Made by a program: the position numbers and the translations under genes. DNA of 63,633 nucleotides, the filler included, from Neolecta irregularis DAH-3 (Eukaryota), in assembly GCA_001929475.1 (NCBI GenBank). It is 18 parts of 18 records of this genome, joined end to end, with 100 filler letters (N's around TTAATTAATTAA, not from the genome) between each part and the next. Parts side by side here need not be neighbours in the genome. Positions count along the whole stretch, not along the records: positions 36,267 to 41,216 come from LXFE01001656.1; positions 41,317 to 42,363 come from LXFE01001658.1; positions 42,464 to 44,481 come from LXFE01001659.1; positions 44,582 to 48,088 come from LXFE01001662.1; positions 48,189 to 51,862 come from LXFE01001663.1; 13 more parts are not named here. One strand, given 5' to 3'. The notes under the pieces are model-generated. The model saw only the letters and a list, made by a program, of their open reading frames with translations. It had not been told where the DNA came from and did not search any database. Shown here piece after piece: positions 38,887 to 51,215 of this stretch (its first letter is position 1; each line of letters begins with the position of its first letter).

Positions 38887-39579
38887 ATGGCAGCGGTATC
38901 TCCGTCATTTCTCTCTCAATTTTGATTAACAGATACGTCCATCTGACGCTAAGCTTACTGATGCCTTTAATCTTTACGACAAGAAAGGAAATGGTCGTAT
39001 TCCTTTGAAGAGCTTGGGTGATTTACTAAGAAGCGTTGGCCAGAATCCGACGCTCAGGGAAGTAGCAGACCTGGAGGAAGAAGTCGGTGGCGATGGTACT
39101 TAATTTATTTTTCTGAGGACTGAACACTGTTTGATTGGAGTATACGAATATTGGCTTGGGCTACTTCTCTTTTGTCCATTCTCTCACAATCTCTTTCTAG
39201 CATTTATTTCAACGTTCTTATACTGACCAAATCAGTCGACTTTGCAACATTTAGAGCACTCGCATCACGACCCGAAGCTTATGGTCCTGCATCTAATCCA
39301 GAGGATTTTGCCCGTGGTTTCCAAGTCTTTGATAAAGACATGACGGGATATATCGGTGTCGGAGAACTACGATATGGTTTGTTGCGTCCATATTTACTAC
39401 TTGATGTCTTTTAGTGTTGACTTCACTTGGTGAAAAACTTTCAGATGAAGAAGTTGATGAACTTTTGAAGGGGGTCAATATCGGTAAGAACGGAGAAGTC
39501 AATTATCAAGGTAAATTTTGAGGTATCTCTACAATCAGCTAATGCTACAGAATTTGTAAGAATGATTCTTGCAGGATGA
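38887..39579 (+). CDS. cdc4: Myosin essential light chain (EF-hand; S. pombe cdc4/MLC1-like), 4 introns
   Basis: [77 protein letters not shown]. Confidence 0.95.
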
Positions 39580-40116
39580 GTGAGGAGAAGTCGAGTTTAT
39601 AATATATAATATGAAATATTTTGCTGCTGATTTTAAATTTTTCGAAACATAATAAATTCAAACAGGCCTATTCTGAGCGCGGTTTAACATTGACTTATGT
39701 ACTATTTCTTTTTTTGAGAACGAATTAGGTGTTGGGTTGTGAATTCTGAGCGGCTTTGGAAAACATTTTCATCCCACTGTCGTTGACCCCTTTAAAGGAT
39801 AAACGTACAACGTTGATCATCTTAGAGATCTTTACGGAGTAACGGAGCGGTGAGAGAGAGACTAGCATTTCTGTTTCTGAAAGCTGACTTTCATGATATC
39901 AGTTTTCTATCTTCAGAGGTTGCTGATATTTATTTAAACGGGAACTATGTACATCTTAGTCTCGCCTTCTGTGTTGCGAGGAATTGTAAAATTCTGGCAG
40001 AGAGCAAATAGGGCATCAGATAGGTACGCCGCTGAATTCATGAGTATCCAAATACACAGGCCAACAAATCGCTAGACTCAAAGGATAAAAAACAAGCCAC
40101 AGCGATTAAACAAAGA

Positions 40117-40477
40117 CTAGACCATTTCCTCTTTGAACTCATTTCTCCTTACATTATTCTGTGTATCTCGAGGATCATCAAAAGGGTTTTCGACATGTTC
40201 GGCATGTTCGTCGTCAAAGGGATTATTTCTTCGCAGACCAACTTCTTCCGCATTTGCATCCCATGTTTCATCGTCGTGATCTACTGCTCTAAACGGTGTG
40301 TTGTGACCGGGTTTACGCGGTAGCCAGGAAGTGTTGTGAATGCCCTGTTAATGAGAAGCGAAAAAGGGAAAGACATGCAAGTTTACGGGCACGGTATTGG
40401 TGGTAAAGGACGTAAACGAAGAATCCAACAAACGTGGATAGTAAGAGCGTCACAAGCAGGACAGTAATGGGGCCCAT
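40117..40477 (-). CDS. Small single-pass membrane protein with two NPFDD motifs (GC-AG intron; not in the ORF track)
   Basis: MGPITVLLVTLLLSTFVGFFVYVLYHQYRARKL|GIHNTSW...DETWDA...NPFDDEHAEHVENPFDDPR...EEMV*. Confidence 0.75.
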
Positions 40478-40967
40478 TGCGATTACAGCGGTGGGTGGTC
40501 AATTCGGGTAATGATTACAAAAATGTGGAGGTGCCGCCATCTATTTCGGGGTTGCCTATAACCGATAACTTGCTTGCAGATTTGGTTTCTCGTACATGAA
40601 TTATAATAGTTTTTACTAAATGTATAGGTAGAGTGGTCGGTATGTTTTATTAATTGTTTTAAAACGAGTCATCGTCTTAAGAACTATGAAGCTACAATGA
40701 GGAAATCTTTGTATGGTAAATGTAAGGCTAGTGCCGTCAAGTCGAGGCTGACTGTCCAGCCCGAGGACCTGTGGTGGCCGTCATCACTACTAACCAGTAG
40801 CGAGTGAGACCTCCACAGGGCCGATATATTCTCCTCGTCGTCAGACTGTCCGCGTTGGCTAGCGTTACTTGGTAGGACTAGCTTCCACTTACAGTGAACT
40901 TCATTTGGGTTAAACCCTTGTCCATGTAATTTGAGCCTGAAGATAATTTTGTCATGCACTACAAGAG

Positions 40968-41169
40968 CAGACTTGCTAACAAGTAAGTCATTCAAGTCAG
41001 ACTTGCTAACAAGTAAGTCATTCAAGTCAGACTTGCTTGCTTACTTGTTTATAAGCAAGTAAGCAAGCAAGTCTGGAGGACAAAAACAAGCAAGTAAGCA
41101 AGTCCAAAATTTAGATTTGCTTGTTTGGACTTGAATAGACTTGACTGTTAAAGACTTTTAATGAGACAT
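40968..41169 (+). mobile_element. Dispersed DNA-transposon-like terminus with a 20-bp-stem palindrome
   Basis: Starts CAGACTTGCTAAC. Copies at 53490-53656(-) and 56365-56429(+). Confidence 0.65.
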
Positions 41170-41673
41170 GGAATATTTTCTAAATATATCTACCAAAATT
41201 TATCTCCGTTATCCCANNNNNNNNNNNNNNNNNNNNNNNNNNNNNNNNNNNNNNNNNNNNTTAATTAATTAANNNNNNNNNNNNNNNNNNNNNNNNNNNN
41301 NNNNNNNNNNNNNNNNATTCTTGCTGAATATCTCGAGAAAAGTCAATACAATAGTGTCAAACCCTTCCGATAAGGTGTCTGAGTTAGTCAAACGCTGTGC
41401 CCATGAATCTAGGGTTAGGTCCATAAGTTGTCGTCCAATCTTTACCGACATTGGTGGATCGCCATGAATTGCAATGTTGCAGACCCTTAGAACATCTTGA
41501 TCTAACTGTTTTTGTTCGGGATATCTTTCCAATAGCCCATATCTAGTTTGAATCTCAATAGCCCAGTCTTTTTCAGGCTGTTCATCATTGTGAGAAAACC
41601 TTGCAGCAATGTCTTGAACTTGTTCTGGCTGACGTTTCCTAGTTATCAGAAATCTATCATTACTTGCAAGCTG

Positions 41674-42003
41674 CTACACATATAACTGCTCTTCAGTCTC
41701 GGAACCAGAAGGATAAGAGATCCAGTTTGCCTCGGATGTGGCAAACATTCGACAAATGAAACCGTATGTTGACATTTCAAAAAAGGTAAAAGATTGGCAA
41801 AAGTATGGTATCGACAGGCATTGTTTGGCGCATTCTTCTTTTACTTGGTCCATCTCCACATTCGTGTAGAAATCATAATATTTCTGACCCTGGATTGTGA
41901 CTACGGAAACCCCACGCAAAATCTCTTTGAATTTGTCGAGATCTGCTACTGCGCAAGTAAGAGTACAAAGCGTGATCAAACAGAAGACCTTTGGAAACAT
42001 CAT
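41674..42003 (-). CDS. Small secreted protein with a PAN/Apple-like Cys core
   Basis: Signal peptide; EECAKQCLSIPYFCQSFTF...CRMF. Confidence 0.65.
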   Translation of the reverse strand: MMFPKVFCLITLCTLTCAVADLDKFKEILRGVSVVTIQGQKYYDFYTNVEMDQVKEECAKQCLSIPYFCQSFTFFEMSTYGFICRMFATSEANWISYPSGSETEEQLYV

Positions 42004-42061
42004 GTTGGATATGTTGAAACTAGGGTGACTTAGGGGGATTGTCGGCTTTATGTAGGAAATC

Positions 42062-42290
42062 TGTAACGATATATCCGGTGATTACCAGATATATCGTACA
42101 GATGCAGCAAGAGGCGTAATAAGACATAAAGGCATCTAGATAGGGTACATAAAGGCTTTGCTAGCGTATCTCAACCCAAGCGGCTAAGGCCCACTGCTTA
42201 GGTTTAGGTATGCGAAGCGTCTAAGGCCCACTCCTTAGGTTAAGGAAATATAAACCGATCTTATTTGTACACTACGCTTCACAACATACA
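42062..42290 (+). mobile_element. Solo LTR, family C
   Basis: TGTAA...TACA; aligns by eye with the reverse complement of 59327-59510 (ttaaggaaatat..gatcttatt.gtac). Confidence 0.55.
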
Positions 42291-42492
42291 GTATCCGGAT
42301 GCCAAGGTTTTCTGTTTCCCTTACTTTCTAGTTTCAAGTCTTTGATATAGGTTTCACTCTCTGNNNNNNNNNNNNNNNNNNNNNNNNNNNNNNNNNNNNN
42401 NNNNNNNTTAATTAATTAANNNNNNNNNNNNNNNNNNNNNNNNNNNNNNNNNNNNNNNNNNNNTCCCCCTCCCCCTCCCCCCTCACCCGTAG

Positions 42493-42658
42493 GGCTTTGA
42501 CGAATTCATGAATCTCGTAGTCGACAACGCAAAAGAAGTCCATGCGAAAAAAGATACAAAGAGGCCTCTAGGTGCTTTCTCCTTCTCCCTCGCTCATCCT
42601 AGGTCGCATCCTGCTAAAGGGCGATAACATCACTCTCATAGAACCTATCCTGTTATAA
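42493..42658 (+). CDS. SME1: Spliceosomal Sm protein E, 3' exons
   Basis: GFDEFMNLVVD...PL|GRILLKGDNITLI. Confidence 0.9.
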
Positions 42659-42989
42659 TATGATACTTCTGTAACCTTTTCCTATTGTTCATATTCAATT
42701 ATATCCTGGTGTACTGTTCAAAAATCATCTAAAAAATTGGTTGCTTTTCTTTGTAGCAGTGTCATCCTTGTGCAGGGGCCATGCTCTAAATCTGTCAGAC
42801 CCGTGTCTCGAACGCACGACGCGCGCCAAACTTACAATCTTCTCTGTATCGTTACAATGTGACCAAATGCCCCGAAGGGCATCAGTACATATTAATTACT
42901 CTTTATATCCAGCTTTATTCCCGCAAATTTCCAAGGGGATCGTATCTGCATTCAGGAATCTCGCCAAGTTCGACCTCAACTCTCTCTCG

Positions 42990-43590
42990 ATGACGAAAAA
43001 AAGAAAACTATCCACTTCCTCCACGACCCCGCCTTCCCCTTTAAAAATACCAAAATCCACTACCCCGTCCTCATTTCACCTTCAACACGCAAAATTTCAA
43101 ATTTTACTCCCTCCAATATACTCTGAAACCCCCCTCTTAGGTGCCACAGATTATCTCGATTCCTTGCTTTTATCTTACCATCATCCACTAAATGGCGTCA
43201 TACTTGCCTATCAAAATGTAGAATTCGAAGACAAGGTTGCAAAGATTTTATATGATTCGCCTTATGCTAGAACTAATATCTTGGCCGAAATATTAGTTTG
43301 GAGACCTACTAAGGGTGAATTCATTGGAATGTCCTGCAGTATATCAATTGACTAATTTTATAGAAGGCGACGTGAATTTACAATCGCCAGACCATATCGG
43401 CCTTTTATTACACGGTACATTCAACGCCAGCATATCCCGCGATAAAATCCCAGAATCGTGGAAATTTCACGGTACTGCTTGGAAAAATGCACACGGGGAG
43501 ACTATTAACGGGTTATTGAAATTTAAAGTACAAGGCTGGAAAACAACGGGCTCAATTATATCAGTGTCAGGATCATTAAAACCTGAATAA
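42990..43590 (+). CDS. RPA43: RNA polymerase I subunit A43 (1 intron, apparent GA donor)
   Basis: LDSLLLSY..LNGVILAY, ILYDSPY, LVWRP..G..IEG.VNLQSPDHIGLLLHGTFNASI. Confidence 0.88.
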
Positions 43591-43592
43591 CA

Positions 43593-44310
43593 GTGTTGGG
43601 GATAGACCATGGTTGGACTTTGGGTGGAAACGGTATTAATAACTCATGTATTAACAAAAACTCAAACAATCCGATAATAATACTTGATCACAAAATTCCG
43701 GTTCACAGGAAAGCAGCTTGGTCCCCTGAACACAATTCTTCACTAAACACAGCATCCAACAGAAACTTGCTCGCGGGCTTGGTATACTTTCCTTTCTTAT
43801 CCACCAGAAAACAATTAGTACCGTGACTAAAAGAATCCTTGGCCATCTGTACAAAGCCACGGTCAGTACGAATCACACTGTTCTCGCCCCAAAGCCGCAA
43901 ATATCGAAGACAAGTTGCATAATCATCGGAATCATTGACACTATCCAATCCACACCGCATATAGTTGTTCAACCTCCTTCTCTCAGCTGCAGCATGATAG
44001 ATTCGCTTGATATTGGAAAGCTTTGGTGGTGTAAGCATCGCGCATGCAGGTTTCACTGCATAAAGATGACAAAAGAAACAAATCCAAGTCCTTGTAAAGG
44101 ACTGAATATGGATACTTGAGACATCAAGAGTTTTGCTGGAAAGAGAAAAAGGCGTATTTGGATAAACAGAGCATCGTAAGGGATGCTTAGAGTGGGAAGA
44201 TGGAATAACCCGCGGATAACACAGCGGTGGGGCAAGCATCGAGATAGTTGTCGAGGTGGATAGATACCGACTTGCCGAGATTCCTTGAATCTGCCGCTAA
44301 TTACCCTCAT
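43593..44310 (-). CDS. Hypothetical protein (exon structure unresolved)
   Basis: Overlapping minus-strand ORFs between RPA43 and RPS24; no family recognised. Confidence 0.3.
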
Positions 44311-44403
44311 AATTATGTTGTGACTTAGCTAACTGCATCAACACCAAAAACCACCTCCGACGACCCTCTGAACCTTTTGCCCATATCACCCAGTTCGCTA
44401 ATC

Positions 44404-44460
44404 ATGGGCGACGCTGTCACTATTCGAACAAGAAAATTTATAACAAATAGGCTTCTTCAG
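44404..44460 (+). CDS. RPS24: 40S ribosomal protein S24 (eS24), exon 1 only
   Basis: MGDAVTIRTRKFITNRLLQ followed by a GT donor; the contig then ends. Confidence 0.88.
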
Positions 44461-44829
44461 GTATTTACGATTCATCCAAAANNNNNNNNNNNNNNNNNNN
44501 NNNNNNNNNNNNNNNNNNNNNNNNNTTAATTAATTAANNNNNNNNNNNNNNNNNNNNNNNNNNNNNNNNNNNNNNNNNNNNGGCGAGAGGGGCAAGGAGG
44601 GACGGAAAGTGCGGGACAGGAGAGGAGGCACGGGCGGAATATGAGAGTAGACACGGGCGGGATGCAGAGACAGAGAGGAAGGAGGGAGTGGTGGGACGGG
44701 AAAGCGGGCAGGACTGGAAAGTTGGGTGGGACTAGAAAAAGGGACAGGACTGGACAGGCGGGTGGGACAGGACTGAGGAAAGACGACCAGTCCATGGACC
44801 TGATTGGTCCATCCACAGCACTCACTTAG

Positions 44830-44997
44830 TCACCCAATATAGATAATCTTATATTTTATTCCCAATATAAATTTCTTTATATCATATTGTCACAATATGA
44901 AAAAACCTATATTATATTGTCAAAATACGAAAAAACCCATATCATATCACACAATATATGATATATCATATTTATTGGCATATTGTTGCCAACACTG
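44830..44997 (-). mobile_element. Probable hAT-like transposon end with AT-rich subterminal repeats
   Basis: Reverse complement begins CAGTGTTGGCAAC, followed by repeated caatat/atatg motifs. Confidence 0.4.
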
Positions 44998-45253
44998 GTG
45001 GTTGATTACCAAGTCATTGGTTGATTAACGGCGGGAGGTAGTTCATGGTTGACTACAGACGGTTTAGGTGCTACTCGCGGGTGGGTGACAAGAGCAAAGC
45101 CCACTTGCTTTGTCCTTTTCCTCTTCATGTTCACAGTGTGGCCAACGACCGGGTGCCACCCGGTGGTTGCTATCTAACTATTACTCGCACCACCAATAAT
45201 GATTTTATTATTCATATTTCAAATATTTGTCACATATTTATTCTAATACAGCT

Positions 45254-46085
45254 TCATTGATAAACTCCGTTTTGTAGACCAATATGAAGATATATATTGT
45301 TAACAGCACGTTCTGCACTTCCGTCGACCATCGCCATAATTACAAGTAAGCTTGCAGGTGCACTGAGAGTTTGTATGCCGAGAGAATCAAGAATGCTTAA
45401 CAAATCTAGAGAAAGTTGAAGTATTATCATCACACCCAAGAGCCTGAGAATCAACATAGTTCTCAAATCAACAAACCACAAAGTTATTCCTTGCACTTCC
45501 TTCTGGGGCTTCGCCAATGCTCAATGCAGTGATGGCGCCAGTCATCTGCTTCAGTTCCCGATATTCGTGTAATTCTCTACTGTCCAATTCAAATTATACT
45601 AATTCTACACTACTCAATGCGATCGCAACTGGTCTTGGATTCGTGGTAGCTTGTTGGATAGTTTTTTGAGCTGGGGCTTGACAATATTTCTGTCTGCGGA
45701 TATACCGGATGCCGCCTGGATGGATCTGAATAAGTGAATCTTGGCCCAGTTGCTGGACTGCAATTGTAGGTGTTGGGGAGAGAAAATCGACCATGTCTTA
45801 GAATTCTGAATGTCGAGGGATGTCCTTTACCACACAGGGCATAGATTTGTGGAGTATCTTCGTTGGTTAAATTAAGAACCTAAAGACTAGGTTTGTGATA
45901 AAGGATGATTTGTATGTCTTTGCATCATTGATGGGATTCATGGTTTCTGTTTTGTCTACGGCAAGAAGATTTTCTAGTCGCCGTGGTTTAAAGTATAGTG
46001 CGGTTTCTTCATCGAAATCTGCACTAGAAAACTCGATCTCATGGTCAATGACCCCGAGTTTTTCAAATTGAAAAAAGCATATGGT
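45254..46085 (-). pseudogene. RSE1: Degenerate internal fragment of U2 snRNP SF3b subunit Rse1/SF3B3
   Basis: [86 protein letters not shown]; contains stops, frameshifts and an internal deletion. Confidence 0.82.
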
Positions 46086-47453
46086 TGCCTGTAGTGCCAA
46101 CCAAATTACCCACCTAAGAGTTCTCTGCTGGGTGGGTGGGTAGATTACTAATTGCCACCGGTCGGGTGGGGTTGGCCATACTGGCCCCGCCCACCTCACC
46201 CGTTACTGCACCCCTTCCCCCTCCTTGCCCTTTATCGCCCCACCCTCTCACCTGTTATTGCCTGCCCTCCTCGCCCGCTATCGCCCGCCCTCCTCGCCCG
46301 TTACTGCCTGCCTCCTCACCAGTTATCGCCCCGCCCACTTCGCCCCTTACTGCTCCCCTTTCACCCACTCGCCTCTCCCACCTGCCGCCTTGGCCCTCGC
46401 CCTGACTTCCCCCTTGCCCCCCCTCCTCGCTACACTCCTCTACATCGGACAATGTCATATCATCCTGCAGAACATTCAGTTTTGATTACCAGTGTAGAAT
46501 TTCAGTTATATTCGTCGTATTGATGGCAGCAGGCATCTGGCAACGGCGATTATGAGTTAATTGCTTTTCCACCCGAGAGTGGCCTTCTAGACGTGTTCGA
46601 ATCAAAGGGGGATTCCGGGTCAAGTGTAATTTTCGTCGCGAGAAATCCTCGTCTGCTATCGCTCTGACCTCTCGCCGGTTACTGCCCACCCTCCTCGCCC
46701 ATTGTCCCTATCAACCCTCCACCTCCTCGTCCTTTATCGCCCCGCCCTCTACACCTGTTATCGCATGCCCTCCTCGCCTGCAATCTCACCACCCAACTCG
46801 CCTGCAATCTCCCCGCCCAACTCGCCAGTTACTGCCCCCCTTCCCCTCCTCGCCGATTACTATTCCCCCTTCCCCTCCTCGTCCTTTATCGCCCTGCCCT
46901 CTCGCCCGTTACTTCCCGCCCTCTCGCCCGTTACTTCCCGCCCTCTCGCCCGTTACTTCCTCTCGCCCGTTACTTCCCGCCCTCCCCACCCGTTATCGCC
47001 GCTGCAGCCCCCAGAAGAGCGCTCATGGACACGATTGTACCCGCAGCTGCGGCTGCAACCGCCCGATGTGCCTGCCCTTTACCAGGGAGAGACGAATTAC
47101 CGAAGTAATGACATAGGGCTCAGGGTGATAGAATGAGGCGAATTTGTCTGGGCGGGAGGTCAATTTGGCATGGAGAATGCATTGGCCAATTTTAAATGAA
47201 ATGATTGGGTTGTACTAATCAACTTCATATGTGCACTGATCATATATTTGCTCAGTAATCAACTTATGCTTGGTGAGGAGCTACTTGTTTAGGATCATTT
47301 GTGAAGCAAACCAGAGGACAGGATCAAAAAATGGCGACTGGATCCCAAAGAACAAGCATGTTACACTGCCCACCCTCAAGTTTTAGTATCAGCCAAACTT
47401 GCACATGATACATCAGTGTCATGCTCATTGGCACTGCCTTTGCCATCCCACCA

Positions 47454-48038
47454 CTACCTGCAAAGATCCCCCACCTTACCCCTCAATGCTGTCCACACCA
47501 TGTGTGCCGTTATTGATGCCCTCACAGGGAAGAACTGGCCCTTTTCATTTGCGAGGACAGTGATGGAGCTGCGCCTGTCGTCTGAGAAGCTGGACGAGTG
47601 ACTGCGGGGCGAGACCGATCTCGATCGACGTCTTCTCAGGAGGAAGAATAAGGCACCAGCGATGGTAATAATAGCAACAGCGGCGATAGCAGAGACGCCA
47701 ATTACGGCAGCTTTGTTTGAGAAGCTCGAGGGCTTGATGGTAGAGGTATTTGTGGGAGTTGGGGGGTCGTACACGCCGAGGGCACCGGCAGCCAAGCGAT
47801 TGGTGATCAGATCAATCGCGGGGGAGCCCGATATGGGTGCGGCAGGGGCATTGGCGACGACAGTAGCGGCATGCGGGTCTGGGTTTGGTGTTGGTGTAGC
47901 AGAGGGAAGGGGTGGGAGAGGCGACTGGTGGAGAGGTCTGGGCGGGGGGCGTCGGGGAGGAGATGGGCGTGGGAAAGGCGGTGGCTGTGGCCTTGGCCGA
48001 CCTGGACGTGACTTCACAACCGACACATGTATTATCAA
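47454..48038 (-). CDS. Pro-rich single-pass membrane protein fragment (possibly decayed)
   Basis: Pro/Thr-rich ectodomain, TM AAVIGVSAIAAVAIITIAGALFFLL, RRRR stop-transfer. Confidence 0.45.
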   Translation of the reverse strand: MIIHVSVVKSRPGRPRPQPPPFPRPSPPRRPPPRPLHQSPLPPLPSATPTPNPDPHAATVVANAPAAPISGSPAIDLITNRLAAGALGVYDPPTPTNTSTIKPSSFSNKAAVIGVSAIAAVAIITIAGALFFLLRRRRSRSVSPRSHSSSFSDDRRSSITVLANEKGQFFPVRASITAHMVWTALRGKVGDLCR

Positions 48039-50699
48039 ACTAGATCATATAAAAGTGAATAGAACCAATCAATCGTTTTATACAAAATNNNNNNNNNNNN
48101 NNNNNNNNNNNNNNNNNNNNNNNNNNNNNNNNTTAATTAATTAANNNNNNNNNNNNNNNNNNNNNNNNNNNNNNNNNNNNNNNNNNNNGATCATATCAAG
48201 CCACATCAGCCTAACCTCCACTATCCAGCTATAGGGTAAGGCTATCTCATTACACTTTCTGTACTGCAGATCATCAAGAACCATTGCCATAAAATCTCTC
48301 AGTGCCACTCCAAAATATTCATAGTCAGCAATACAGGTTCTACCATCCTTCATCTTCAAGAAGTTCTCCTTAACAAGTCTGTATAAAATATGGCAAGGTC
48401 CTCCTCTGACCACTTGACTGTGTGGTTAGGATCAAGGTACTTGATGGCCTGATATCAGATCAGCATGTAGTGTGAGAGGGGATGTGAAACTTACATGATT
48501 GATATGCTTCTGCAGATTGGTGATGGTGTTGCACTCCTTGGGCTCTAGACCATACTGAAATAGAGGATGATGCAAAAAGGCTCCTCCGATGGGACCCAGT
48601 GTTGCTGTAGTAGGTAGGAGAATAGACAGAAGTTCTAAAAATGCCCTAGCCCTGTCCTGCAAAGAAGCGAAGTCATTGTAATTGATGTACTCAGTGACAA
48701 TATATGTAAATCCATGATCTTTGTTGGTAAATGCCCAGAAGACTTCTGGAGTATAAATGGTCTTGGACAGCTTAGATTTCTCAAAAGCAAATCACTGATT
48801 CCTGGCCTCACTCATTTCTATGTCAGTCCCAAACTTGATGAAGTAAAGTGGCTCATTGATCAGCCAGTGAGCATGGTTCGTGTTGCCTTGAGGCTTGTCA
48901 TAAGCCATCTCACATACATCTATGATTTCCTTTCTTTCTGGCAACTGACAGTCTCCTGGCCATTTTGAAATCTTCAGTTTTAGTCATGATGGTTGTAAGA
49001 TGAGTAGGCGATTTGAGAGTGGGAGAGTTGGAGAGTAGGAGAGGTGGCTGTCTAGAGCTTTATGAGGTGTGTGTCAGACAAAGGTTATGCTGACCCAAGT
49101 AGGCTGTGCAAATGACAAGACCAATCATGGCCTGTCCCACCTATGGGCCCCAAGGAGGCAAAGTCATGTCATGCAATGCAATGTGTGCCTAATTATGCAG
49201 CCTACAGTTTTACACATCCTTTGTGGTTTCAGCCCGAAGCAAGTCTATGGTGTATGCACACAGCCATTGGCTCATATGCAAGGATCATCACACCATACGT
49301 GGCAGCAGCTGCCTCCTGATGATTTGGACAAAATTCAGCTCATTTAATCATGGAGGAGGCGTCCCTCTTCCACCTTGCCAAGGCAGACAGATACAGAGCA
49401 TACCAATCATAGACCACAGTTCAGCAACAGATCACAGATTTGGATGAATTATTAGGCACTGATGGCCTGTTGAGCTGAGTGGCTATTTTGAGAACCATTT
49501 TCGAATCAGAAAGTCAGATGGGTGATTCCTGTGAACATGAAGGACATACAAACCGTAATTAGCTTAGTTAGAGCCAGTTCAACCATGACTTTAGCCTGGA
49601 TGAGTGGACATCTGCAGGATACTAAGTCCTCATAGCCTGCACAGATTTCCAAATCAAACACCAAGGAGGATTGGTATCATTGTTGAGCTTACTGAGACCA
49701 TGCCACCTTCTTATGGTTGGTCTACCATGACCTGTCTTGCTCCTACTCCAAAGCATACACTGCTACTGCACCATCAGATCAGCCCTCTTGGATGCTCAAG
49801 ACATGAGCAAGTCTAAGATAAATTTGCAGATTTTGCTGTCATCATAGGCAGCTTCTCCCACTTTCTTGCCATTTTGGCCTGCAAATACAAAGTCTATAAA
49901 GAGGGTCTTCACATAGATTTCTCTACATCACAGCAATTCAACCTCATCTGAATACCAATATCTACAAAGACATTCTTTCAGTACACATTTGACTGCTTTC
50001 TTTCTCTCAAAGACATATCTTCAAGTTACCTTACCCAACTCTCATCATGTCCACCACCAATTATTTGAATCCATCAACTTGCCCCAGAGCATTCATGATA
50101 TAGTCCTCAAGCAAGATGGTAATCTCTTGTGCCTAGACCTTGGGGCTATGCTCGGGCAAGGAACTGTGGAATAGTGCAAGTTGCTCTTGGGCAAGAGAAA
50201 GAACCATGTCACCTATCAAGTTGGTTTCAAGGAGGACCTTCCCACTACCAATACACTAGGTGTACATCACTCACTCGGTGCCTTAATTGCTATAGATGTC
50301 AAGTGAGACAGTTATGGGTCCAACTAGGCTCAATATGCTGGCAGCAATGAAAGCAATGAGCATGTTGTGCATGGAGCACCAGTGAATGGAGTTTTAAATG
50401 TCAAGTTCACCTGTTACACCAACCTCCCCCCCTATAAGGCAATCCGCAGCTTCCCCTTCCATCTGAAACGCCAAGATGTTACACTTGGTGAGATGCTTGA
50501 TGTAGCCAAGAACAGTCAGGACTTCAAGTTTGTCAAGAGAGGGACAGTAGCAATGGGCTGCCATCACTGGAAGTGAGTATCATATATGATATTAAAATTT
50601 ACAGGCACTAATAATATTACCTAAGCTCATCTTTCATCACCTTCTTGCAAAGGCAGGACTGGTTGAACCTATCAATGATGATTTCCTAGGTGACCTTGT

Positions 50700-51215
50700 T
50701 GGTATTCTGACAAACCACTTTTCTCCAATAGTTGTGGAAGGTGGCCCCATCAGCACGGAATTCTTGGGTCATGTCTGCTGTTCAATAACCAATTCTTGTT
50801 GAGCATGTTGAGTATTTAGCTTTGCAATTGCCTTCCCAGTTTTTTGCAAAAGATTCCAATTTTCCCTTGTTAATTTTTGCCACATATTTAAGCTTTCTGT
50901 AGTGAAATATACTTGTTGAGATGTTGTAGGAGTATGAAAAAGGTAGATATCATCTGAATTTCGGAATCTTTTGACTCAGGTGGATTCAATGACTTTAGCT
51001 GGGTTCCATGGAAATAAACCAGCAGCTTTCCAACCACCTCTAATAACCCATTCAGTAAGAGATTGCTGTCTTGCATCAAGGTAATATTGAATAAACCAAT
51101 TTTTCTTAACTGGAGCTGCATCATCAATATAAGCAAGTTCAGTGATTTCTTTTCTATATCCTGCCTTCAAAGGTGAAAAACAGGACAAATCCAAAGGTTG
51201 CAAGATATGAGATGG
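50700..51215 (-). mobile_element. Fot1/pogo-type DDE transposase relic
   Basis: SHILQPLDLSCFSPLKAGYR...IRGGWKAAGLFPWNPAKV; truncated and interrupted. Confidence 0.8.

Noticed and set aside
17275-46085. Apparent cluster of splicing/mRNP genes (SMD2, THOC1, SME1, RSE1 fragment)
   Set aside because: They are on different contigs separated by artificial spacers, so no physical linkage is shown.
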